Shown here one piece after another: positions 19,740 through 28,407 of a stretch of DNA of 64,000 nt (positions are counted from its first letter, which is position 1; the number at the start of each line of letters is the position of its first letter). Source of the DNA: a virus; IMG/VR virus record IMGVR_UViG_3300009678_000058; one strand, 5' to 3'. The translations under genes and the position numbers were made by a program. The notes beneath the pieces were generated by a model. That model did no database searches, was not told where the DNA came from, and worked only from the letters and a program-made list of their open reading frames with translations.

Positions 19740-22700
19740 TTATCTGGATGAATTCTGTTCAGTTTCAAGTGAATAATTCATAATCAAATTAACATAATCG
19801 AAGCTATCAAATTTTAATCTGATTACAACATATTTGTCCCTAAAGTTTTGTAAGTCCTGCCAAGGTTTTGCCAGACTGATAGAAGCAGGGTTTACTACTT
19901 TGTCAATAGGATAGGTAGATTTAATAGCATTCCATGAGGAATCAAACAGTGGTTTATCATAGTCTATCACATAGTCTCTCAGGTCATTAATATTCCAGTT
20001 CTTCTCTTTTTTAGTGATGAGAACAGTTCCCGGATTATTAATGATCTGTTGCTGTAGCCAGTTATAATTATCAGGCTGTGTGTCTTTGACAACCATGACC
20101 TGCTCTCCTGAACTCTGCCTTCCATTCCATGCCAGTATCTTATTGAAGGTAATATAGTCCTGCTCTACAAATTCATTCTTAGCTGCATCCCATGTGTAAG
20201 CTCTTGTCTGAAGAGTAAGGTCTTCAGTAATGGAAGTGCTTAAGGGATTATTATTATTGACATACTCAACAATAAAGGGGAAGTAATAAGTGTAGAAGGT
20301 CTGGAAATGATTCTCCCTGTTATGCTTCCAGATACCATCAGATGAAAAAATAAAGGAATACAGGTTACTCTTGCCATGCACATAGTAGTTAGGCAGGTAA
20401 GGATGCCAGCCTCTCCATTTATTCCTGTGGAATGAATAACTCATTGTCCATGATCTGTTCTCAAAGTAGTCCTGATTATCCAAGTGAATAACAGTACTGC
20501 CCTGATAGAATAATCCATCAGTGGAGTTATAGGCGAATACATTAGTGGAGGGTATGGCTTCAAGCAAAACCAGGGTAGCCAGTTTGTCTGGGACAACAAG
20601 GTAATCCTTCTTGGTCAGCAGTATTCTTTCATACCTTGAATCAAAGGCTGAAAGATATCCAGTGCCATCCCTGTTAGCAGGATTGTTCCTGTTAGCAAAA
20701 TCAACACCCAGTTTCACATAGAGTTGATTGGAGAGAAAGGACTTCAGGTTATTCTTGAACCAGTTCTTATTGCCTTTGGTAAGGTCATTGAGTTTATCAC
20801 TATGCAGGTAAATCTTACCCTCAATCTCGTCAATGAAGAATACTCCATACTTAGTCTTCACTGTTCCCCACTTATGCTGAGTACCACCTGAACCATTATC
20901 ATCATCCACTACTTTTCTTGGAGGCACACTAAAGAATTCACCAGTGCCTACAAAGGAGATGATCTCCCCTGTCACTCTCTCCTGATTGTTTTGAGGCAGA
21001 TGCCACAGGGCTTCCTTGGTGTGAATGAAGAGATTGTTACCCAACCTGTATGCTTCAGTGATCTCACCATGTTCCCCTTCAATGTCCCTGTAGTTGTTAG
21101 GGAGGAAGACCCTGTAGTTATCCACCCTCTCTTCCTGAAAGGATTGTTGAGAATACCAGACTCGCATAGGGAATGTCTCAATGTTATCAGAGCAGCAATC
21201 ATATTCAAGGGGGAGATGTATAAAGAGCTTTTCCTTATTGAACCTCATGTAGTCAAGGTTCATATCATAAAGCTCTGCTGTGGCATACCCTTTATACATT
21301 CTGCCAGACCCCTGATCTCTATCTATGGTAGTTAGTTTTTCAATGAGGTAAGTCCTGTAGCCAGCTTCATCATAGGCCACAGGAGCATCTATGAAGTCAG
21401 GAACTCCACAAGTTAGTCCTGACCTTAATCCCACTGGTACAGCAGATTCAATGAACAGGTTAGATACCCTGTCAGCAAACCACCTGATAGTATCATCTTC
21501 TCTTTGGATAGTGTCTCTTATGGTTTCCCATACTCCACCATCCACTACTGTTTCTTTAAGACCCTTCTCATAATCCACATCAATCATGGATTTCATCTGC
21601 TCAAACTTAATACCTGATACCGCCAGTGATACTCCATAGGAGATAGCAAGGGTAGCAAGTGCAGTAGTGACTAAGGCTATAGCAGCAGGAGTACCAGTCC
21701 CTACTGTAGCAACTGTTACTACCACAGCAGCTACTATCAGAACAGCTCCTACTATGATCTTCCATAGTTGTGACTTCTTGGCTCTTTCACCTACTACCAT
21801 ATCATAGAAGACAGTACTGACAAAGTTAAAGCCTGAGATACTGGCATCTCCATTGAATATCCTTACACCATTAAGGACTGTATGAGTTCCAAAGTAAATA
21901 GGGTTGTTATGCTCTTTGTAATATGGCCTTGTCATGAAGTTACTATAAGAGGTATCATTCTCTCTTATTAAAGAACCATACTTCAGACTGTTATTGAATC
22001 CATCAATGAATACACTTATATCAAAGTCAGCACCCATGACATACATACCTATCTTATTATCCACTGATACATTATAATAAGTATTCTCACCATAGTTCTG
22101 GTAAGAGGCTGCACTCAGGTATATCACCCTGTCCTTTGCAGGAAAGTCTATATCAGGAGGATTATAACCAACATTGGTATTCCTGTATCCTATGACTAAA
22201 TCAAATCCATCATCATCTTTATCCTTTCCTTTATGCACTTCAGGGTTATAGCTTGTACCAGCTTGTACATCCTGAACATAAACTCCCCTGCTTCCCTGAT
22301 CTCCGGGTTTGCTTCCCGGAGGGCCACCATTACAAGTACTCCCATCTGTATTGGAGATAGTAGGCATATCAACAGAAGTCTGATCATAGCTGGCCTCAAT
22401 ATGTACAGAGGAGAACTCTGTTTTCTTATTGAAGAACTGGAACTCAGGATTCCAGAACCACATACTTCTGTTAGTATATTGTAATGTCTTGGAGACAGCA
22501 GCAGGTCTTCCACAGTTATCTACAGCATAGTACTGCTTGGGAGTGATTAAACCAAATGACCTGTATTGCTCAAACTGTGTCATTGGCCCAAAGATGGCAT
22601 TGTCAATAATGAGCCTGTCATCTTCAGTTCTTTCATTTCTCATAATGTAGATGCCAATACAATCAGGGTGAGGCTTCTCAATATTAGAGAATTCAATTCC

Positions 22701-24572
22701 CAGTATGTCAGATGTATAATTATTGATAGAACTTGAAGCCGGATAAGTCTCATAGGTATATGCAATCAAAAATCTTTCATTGCCGGGAAGTTGATATAGT
22801 GTTGCCAGTTCACAGGCAGGGTCTAGCTCTGCATGTTCTCCGGGATTTATTTCATCTAAAGGTTCAAAGGAATCATAGAGAATAATATCAGAGCCTATCT
22901 CTGTATCAACTAAGTTGCCACTGATAGAATCCAGATTAGGAGAACCAGTAATCTGATAGTTAAATGTGAATGATATTACTGCTGGCTCTCCTCCCACTTC
23001 AGGATACTCATCAGGAGGAGTGGGGCCTGTCCATGCTGGATTCAGGGTAATGTTGATCTTCAACCTGAACTTATTAATGGTGGTTACATCATCAGATTTC
23101 TCATAGAGGGGTATGCCCAATTCAGTTCTGAAAGGGAATCTGTGATGTCTTACACGCTTACCAACTAAGCTGTTTCCATCTACATCAAGACCCCAATAGT
23201 TAGATGTACTGCAATTATGTGTATCAATGTAACGTGTATTTAACTCATGCAACTTCATGTCAGAAACTATGTTAGTGCTGCTCTTTCCCGGAATATGAAA
23301 ACCAGGGGAGATCAGGTTTCCCGGAAAAACATAGTGAACACTAAATGAATACACTTCTCCGGGCATATATCCTCCATACATGAATGTTGACTTGGCATTC
23401 TTAATGTTAGGCTCAGAGATAACATTGTTAAGGACTACCTCTTTCAGTGCTACTTTGCTACCAATCTTGGAGGCAAACTTCTGGAATTCACACCAGTTGT
23501 ATTCTGAACCCTTAGTATTATATAGCTGAAGCCTGTTCTCAAGTTGTGTGATATGCTGTGGAGCAAAGATCACTTCATTGTCTACAAGAATATCTGCCAG
23601 AGTACCTTCAGCCAAAGCAGAGTCATTACCTGAATAAATAAACCTGCTGTCAGTAGTAGTGTTGATATCTGATATCAGCACCTTATCAGGTGTGCCAATA
23701 TTACCAGCAGCCCTAATGATAGCTATCCTGTAATAAGGGAATGAGGTATCAAGATTGGTGAGGGTTAAGATGATTGACTTATTAGCTCTTGGAAATGATT
23801 GAGAGCTGGTATTCACATTCCTGCTACCTCTTATAGTATGGAATGGAGAGGTGAGCTGGTCATTGAATATCCTGACAATATTGGAAGTAGTTATCCACTC
23901 TGTAGGATTAAGGTCTTCATCCACTAACTGTATGGCAAAATTATAAGAGCCGGGAAGTATAGCACCTGTCTCAGATATTTCCACATTGCTGAAGAAGGGA
24001 ATGGAATCAGGGACTTTGATAAGATCAAAGGAAGAACCATCATATTTATCCAATGGGTAAGTGGCAGGATTACCACCTGACTTTAAATACTCCTGAAAGG
24101 CAACAGTATAGAAGTTATGTGGCCTGTCAAGATTATAGGTCTTGGCTACATTATGAGCATCCACCCAGTAGATGACCCTCTCCCTGCCTCTTCTTAACCT
24201 GTATTCAATTTCACATTGATGCCTGATATCAAAGCCTATGACTTGGGTGGAGACTAAGGTAGTGTACCTGTGGTCTTTGGTGATAATACCAATCTCATCA
24301 TAGCCAGTAACAGGATTGACTGAGAGGATAACACTCAGATCATCTTCTATGTACCTGTCTCCTATTGGCTTGTAGCCACTGGTAATATTGCCTACAAGAT
24401 AATTAGACCTTTCATTGGAGATACTGCCTTGCTTACCTGTAATAGATTCATCCACTCCACAGAAGGTATATCTTGAAGTCCCCCTTGGTTGATTCAATGG
24501 ATCATTATCAGTATGAATACCATCAGATATATCCTGTGGGATAACTTTATAATCAGGTTCTCTTGTAGGCAT
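19740..24572 (-). CDS. Tail stabilisation / muzzle protein (P22 gp10-like, crAss type)
   Basis: 1610 aa, beta-rich. C-terminal YSQQSFQEE...FLPNNYRDI...GEIT and WTMSYS...W segments resemble crAss-like stabilisation proteins. Synteny after the ring proteins. Confidence 0.75.
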   Translation of the reverse strand: MPTREPDYKVIPQDISDGIHTDNDPLNQPRGTSRYTFCGVDESITGKQGSISNERSNYLVGNITSGYKPIGDRYIEDDLSVILSVNPVTGYDEIGIITKDHRYTTLVSTQVIGFDIRHQCEIEYRLRRGRERVIYWVDAHNVAKTYNLDRPHNFYTVAFQEYLKSGGNPATYPLDKYDGSSFDLIKVPDSIPFFSNVEISETGAILPGSYNFAIQLVDEDLNPTEWITTSNIVRIFNDQLTSPFHTIRGSRNVNTSSQSFPRANKSIILTLTNLDTSFPYYRIAIIRAAGNIGTPDKVLISDINTTTDSRFIYSGNDSALAEGTLADILVDNEVIFAPQHITQLENRLQLYNTKGSEYNWCEFQKFASKIGSKVALKEVVLNNVISEPNIKNAKSTFMYGGYMPGEVYSFSVHYVFPGNLISPGFHIPGKSSTNIVSDMKLHELNTRYIDTHNCSTSNYWGLDVDGNSLVGKRVRHHRFPFRTELGIPLYEKSDDVTTINKFRLKINITLNPAWTGPTPPDEYPEVGGEPAVISFTFNYQITGSPNLDSISGNLVDTEIGSDIILYDSFEPLDEINPGEHAELDPACELATLYQLPGNERFLIAYTYETYPASSSINNYTSDILGIEFSNIEKPHPDCIGIYIMRNERTEDDRLIIDNAIFGPMTQFEQYRSFGLITPKQYYAVDNCGRPAAVSKTLQYTNRSMWFWNPEFQFFNKKTEFSSVHIEASYDQTSVDMPTISNTDGSTCNGGPPGSKPGDQGSRGVYVQDVQAGTSYNPEVHKGKDKDDDGFDLVIGYRNTNVGYNPPDIDFPAKDRVIYLSAASYQNYGENTYYNVSVDNKIGMYVMGADFDISVFIDGFNNSLKYGSLIRENDTSYSNFMTRPYYKEHNNPIYFGTHTVLNGVRIFNGDASISGFNFVSTVFYDMVVGERAKKSQLWKIIVGAVLIVAAVVVTVATVGTGTPAAIALVTTALATLAISYGVSLAVSGIKFEQMKSMIDVDYEKGLKETVVDGGVWETIRDTIQREDDTIRWFADRVSNLFIESAVPVGLRSGLTCGVPDFIDAPVAYDEAGYRTYLIEKLTTIDRDQGSGRMYKGYATAELYDMNLDYMRFNKEKLFIHLPLEYDCCSDNIETFPMRVWYSQQSFQEERVDNYRVFLPNNYRDIEGEHGEITEAYRLGNNLFIHTKEALWHLPQNNQERVTGEIISFVGTGEFFSVPPRKVVDDDNGSGGTQHKWGTVKTKYGVFFIDEIEGKIYLHSDKLNDLTKGNKNWFKNNLKSFLSNQLYVKLGVDFANRNNPANRDGTGYLSAFDSRYERILLTKKDYLVVPDKLATLVLLEAIPSTNVFAYNSTDGLFYQGSTVIHLDNQDYFENRSWTMSYSFHRNKWRGWHPYLPNYYVHGKSNLYSFIFSSDGIWKHNRENHFQTFYTYYFPFIVEYVNNNNPLSTSITEDLTLQTRAYTWDAAKNEFVEQDYITFNKILAWNGRQSSGEQVMVVKDTQPDNYNWLQQQIINNPGTVLITKKEKNWNINDLRDYVIDYDKPLFDSSWNAIKSTYPIDKVVNPASISLAKPWQDLQNFRDKYVVIRLKFDSFDYVNLIMNYSLETEQNSSR

Positions 24573-24577
24573 AGGTC

Positions 24578-25585
24578 TTAATTTCCAACAAAGTATCTTG
24601 CTTTATTATTTCTTGAATCAGGATCATTGAAAGCTCTTAATTCAGCCTTGTTCATATTGCCAAAGAAGCTATAGTAATGATTGAGAGGCAGCATATACCT
24701 GCGTTGTCTCAGGTAGTTCTCATGCTCATCCACACCATTAAGCATCAGGGCCTTATTGCCAGCCTGCTTACAATACCAATGCCAGTCAATGGCAGCTTTA
24801 TCAGCCTTGCCACAAGCTCCTTCCCTGCCACTGAAGCACTGCTTATCCAGTATCTTCATCTTGATGTATCTGGTAATAGCTTCAGTATAGCTGATGTCTT
24901 CAGGTATCATAGGATATCCTGTATCAAGGTCAACTATTTGACGGTTATAAGCAATAGCAATAGAACCTGTTTCAAAGCTGAACCTTAAAATCTTTTTCAG
25001 GATAACTGAGTATTCATCTGTGTTTGATTGATACAGAGGAGAACCTGTCTCAGGAGTTTTGCACACAAGGGAATTAAAGAAGCTATGGGTAGCAAGGCTC
25101 ACTGTGCTGTAGCTGTTCCTGTACATCTTGGAATTTCTCCAGTTGAAATACTCTGACTGCAAATCAAAGTAAGGTCTGTAATAAGCCACATCATAATCAT
25201 TGAGGGGCATGCCATTACAGTCAAGGATAATATAGTCCAGCTTTTGATCTGAGGGGCAATCAGCACAATCAGAGGGACTGGTACTGTCACTATCAACAGT
25301 ACAGAGTTCTTTGGCTACAGCAGCAGGACAGAACTTATCATCAGCAGGCCCACCCCAATCCCTGTTCCTTGCTATTTGAATGATATTATGCAAGCCATTG
25401 GGAACAGCACACTGGTGATTCTTCACCTCAATAAAGGCTACAGCTTCTTCAGAGGCTTTAATAGCTCCCACAGCTTCAAGAGCTTCACCACACCATTCTA
25501 TCACATCACCCTCATTGAAGTCACCAGTGACATCCCTGACCAGCTTGCTGAATATCCTGTCTACGGAAACATAACTAAAGTCCAT
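24578..25585 (-). CDS. Tail ring / tubular protein
   Basis: 335 aa. N-terminus SVDRIFSKL...DVIEWCGEALE and C-terminal GYPMIPEDISYTEAI...WHWYCKQA pattern of crAss ring proteins. Cys-rich insert. Confidence 0.65.
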   Translation of the reverse strand: MDFSYVSVDRIFSKLVRDVTGDFNEGDVIEWCGEALEAVGAIKASEEAVAFIEVKNHQCAVPNGLHNIIQIARNRDWGGPADDKFCPAAVAKELCTVDSDSTSPSDCADCPSDQKLDYIILDCNGMPLNDYDVAYYRPYFDLQSEYFNWRNSKMYRNSYSTVSLATHSFFNSLVCKTPETGSPLYQSNTDEYSVILKKILRFSFETGSIAIAYNRQIVDLDTGYPMIPEDISYTEAITRYIKMKILDKQCFSGREGACGKADKAAIDWHWYCKQAGNKALMLNGVDEHENYLRQRRYMLPLNHYYSFFGNMNKAELRAFNDPDSRNNKARYFVGN

Positions 25586-25600
25586 AGTAGTAATTGTTTA

Positions 25601-25903
25601 TTAGTCCTCACCTTCAAACTCATCTGCCAGAGCCTCATCATTTAACTTGATGGTGAGGGGATCTGTTTTTGAATACCACTTCTTGCTATAGTAAGCCCAT
25701 TCCTTCTCACCCTTATACTCATAGCTGATATCAAAGTTCTTACTTATCAGCCATCCATTCTCTATCTCTTCTGTCTCAGTTCTCACAGTCTTGCTTATGA
25801 TCTTGGCACCAGCAGGAGGCTCTCTCTTCTCTTTTACCTTATCAGTCACAGTGGTAGAAGTGCTTCTTAGCTTGGATGCCTCTTTGAGTTTTGATGTTGC
25901 CAT
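25601..25903 (-). CDS. Hypothetical protein
   Basis: 100-aa ORF tightly packed in the operon. Confidence 0.6.
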   Translation of the reverse strand: MATSKLKEASKLRSTSTTVTDKVKEKREPPAGAKIISKTVRTETEEIENGWLISKNFDISYEYKGEKEWAYYSKKWYSKTDPLTIKLNDEALADEFEGED

Positions 25904-25914
25904 GATAGTAGAAT

Positions 25915-26421
25915 TTATTTATACTGTGATTTATCTCTTTTAACTGATATAGCATACTCCTTACCCTGATTGATAAGCCTGTTCAAGGCTCTCTTATTAG
26001 CTCTGCTTAGTTTGAAATGATAATACTGTTTGTTATATAATCTTGACTTACCAGTGTACCATTTAACTGAATAAATATTACCATCACTGTGTTCATTAAA
26101 GCAATAAACCAACTGCCTGTTGGCTTTAGCTACAGGATCACTATCCCATAGCTTCTTGGTCTTTGACCATGATGGGGGTACTCCTTTTATCTCTCCATGC
26201 TCATTAATATAAGCCTTTGACTTATACCCCCTGACTCTTAAAGTTCCCAGACTCTCACCAACTCCCAGCTCTACATCATAACCCTGAAGCAGTTTGTTTA
26301 CCTGAAACTTCATAAAACCTTGTGTGATCTTCAGGTAGAGATTGATATCAATAGTGGTTTTGGGAGCAATCTCCGTCTTATAATATTTATAGCCTTGCCT
26401 TAAGTTCTTTACTTCAATCAT
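25915..26421 (-). CDS. IHF/HU-like DNA-binding protein (crAss type)
   Basis: 168 aa, basic. LLQGYDVELG...LGTLRVRG resembles the HU/IHF beta-arm. IHF-like genes occur in this module of crAss-like phages. Confidence 0.55.
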   Translation of the reverse strand: MIEVKNLRQGYKYYKTEIAPKTTIDINLYLKITQGFMKFQVNKLLQGYDVELGVGESLGTLRVRGYKSKAYINEHGEIKGVPPSWSKTKKLWDSDPVAKANRQLVYCFNEHSDGNIYSVKWYTGKSRLYNKQYYHFKLSRANKRALNRLINQGKEYAISVKRDKSQYK

Positions 26422-26423
26422 AA

Positions 26424-27149
26424 TTATCTCCTTGCAGGATTAGGCTGATGAACCATGCCTGTAGGCATATCATCATCCTGTGAATTGGATAGTCTGTCTT
26501 CAGTTAATTGTTTCATGATAATGATCAGTTCCTCATTGGCAAGCTGGATAAGAGGTCTTATAGAATCACCTTCAAGGGGAAACTCCATATCCAGTATATC
26601 TTCACAGCAATCAGGGCATTCATTGACACAGATAGAGGGAAATAGCTTAGCTGCTACAAAGTCATCATATAATCCCTTAATAGCTACAGCCTTTAACTGT
26701 TTTACTATAGTGATATACACCCTCTCATTGTGAGGAAACCATTTAGGAATCTTGGAAGTGAACTTATTGCCTTTGCTGTACTTCTCATCCTCATAAGTGG
26801 TCTCATCAAATGTGATTGAACCATCAATGGTCATCACTGTCTTTATCATGTGTGAATCAAGATTAGTGATAGGCTTGGGTATCTTATGCTTGGTTCTTAA
26901 TATTATACAGCCAGGAACAGGTACACAGGGACATTCATGCAAGGGAGCTTTCTCCAACTCTGCACAGGGTAATGTCTGGTAACTCCAATCACTGATGATC
27001 TGGCCCTTATCAGCCTTCTGTCTTAGCAGTACATTCCTTGCTGTAGTCACAGCAGAGTAGATATGCCTGTTGACAAGCCTTGTATCATCAGACTGTACTC
27101 CCTTGGAGTATAATGATTGAACACGCTGTAAAATATCACCAAGCAACAT
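26424..27149 (-). CDS. Tail ring / tubular protein
   Basis: 241 aa. N-terminal helices (ILQRVQSLYSKGVQSDD...RHIY) and C-terminal FPLEGDSIRPLIQL resemble crAss ring proteins. Confidence 0.65.
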   Translation of the reverse strand: MLLGDILQRVQSLYSKGVQSDDTRLVNRHIYSAVTTARNVLLRQKADKGQIISDWSYQTLPCAELEKAPLHECPCVPVPGCIILRTKHKIPKPITNLDSHMIKTVMTIDGSITFDETTYEDEKYSKGNKFTSKIPKWFPHNERVYITIVKQLKAVAIKGLYDDFVAAKLFPSICVNECPDCCEDILDMEFPLEGDSIRPLIQLANEELIIIMKQLTEDRLSNSQDDDMPTGMVHQPNPARR

Positions 27150-27870
27150 AATCAGGTATTAATTTACTTCTTTCAATAAGATGTGCTTTAAGCTGATCAA
27201 CAAAAGAATAACATTCATATATTTTATATGTAGCATCTGCTTTCAGATACGCTAATAATCTTTTGGTGATGGATAATCCAATTTCTTCCAGCATAATTTG
27301 ATAGTAAGAGAACTGTAGCTGATAGTGATTATAAGGATGATTCTCCAAGTAATTGAAAGGGAAGAGCAGCATGGCCCATCTCTTAAACAGGTCAGCATTG
27401 GTCTTGTAATCAGCCAGTGCCAGCTCCCCTGTCTTTCTATGCCTGAGCAGTAAATCTGCTGTGCCAGCATAGCCAAACTCCCTTGAATACATTCTTATTT
27501 CCCTTGCCACTATCTCATACTCCTTCAGGATAAAGGTCAGGAACTTAATGCCAGCCTGCTCCTGTGGGGTCATGGGAGTCTGAAGTCCAGAGTATCTTTC
27601 CATGAAAGCATGGGTCTCATGTCCCAGATCACAGGCTAATTGATTAATGGTCTGCCATCTATGCTCCAGTTCATGTTCAGATATATTCTCCTTCTTTGCA
27701 CATATAGGTAACCATTTGGTTTTATCAAAAGGAGGGACATGTTCTTCCACCAAGGCACTTACTGACCTCGGAACTCTGGCTCCCTCCCAACAGTAAATAT
27801 GCCTTTTCTCCTCAAAAGTGAGAGAGGAGAACTGCTTGGTTATATAGTTGTGAGTTTGTACTGCTGTCAT
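27136..27870 (-). CDS. PD-(D/E)xK family nuclease
   Basis: 244 aa. SVSALV, LGHETHAFME, YAGTADLL...LADYKT and YQLQFSYY motifs of Cas4/RecB-like phage exonucleases. Confidence 0.8.
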   Translation of the reverse strand: MTAVQTHNYITKQFSSLTFEEKRHIYCWEGARVPRSVSALVEEHVPPFDKTKWLPICAKKENISEHELEHRWQTINQLACDLGHETHAFMERYSGLQTPMTPQEQAGIKFLTFILKEYEIVAREIRMYSREFGYAGTADLLLRHRKTGELALADYKTNADLFKRWAMLLFPFNYLENHPYNHYQLQFSYYQIMLEEIGLSITKRLLAYLKADATYKIYECYSFVDQLKAHLIERSKLIPDYVAW

Positions 27871-28346
27871 GATTTAGGTTTATCATTGTGATTACCATTG
27901 GTATTGAACAACTCACAGAAATCAACTATGTTCTGGCTCATAAAAAGCCACTTGGTAGGCTTCACATATTCACCCAATTTATCAAACATCGCATCTTCAA
28001 GCTTTATTACTCCATCATAGTCTGATACCTTTAATGAGATATCTTTTTCTTCAGGTATCTCAGAATCATCATAGATCATATCAGGTTCAGCTTCAGCTAA
28101 AGCTTTTGCCTCTTGCTGTGCCTTAATTAACCTGTTTCTCTTTTCCTTTCTCTTAACTGCCTCATAGTCTTCAAGCACCTTACTTATCTTCAGCCTGTTC
28201 ATCATGTCTGTCACCTCAAATCCACCAGCAGGTGTATTCTTGATGGCAGTCTTAATGAGCAGAGCAGTGGTGAGTCTGAAGGGCATCTCTCTTCCAGTCT
28301 CATCAATGTATAGCTCATCAGTTGTCTTAATGGTAATACTTTTCAT
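27867..28346 (-). CDS. Hypothetical protein
   Basis: 159-aa ORF overlapping the nuclease start (ATGA). Confidence 0.6.
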   Translation of the reverse strand: MKSITIKTTDELYIDETGREMPFRLTTALLIKTAIKNTPAGGFEVTDMMNRLKISKVLEDYEAVKRKEKRNRLIKAQQEAKALAEAEPDMIYDDSEIPEEKDISLKVSDYDGVIKLEDAMFDKLGEYVKPTKWLFMSQNIVDFCELFNTNGNHNDKPKS

Positions 28347-28407
28347 AAATGTGTGTATTTTAAGTGATTACCTAAAGTTAAGCATAGGGCACGAATAATG
28401 AAAATAT

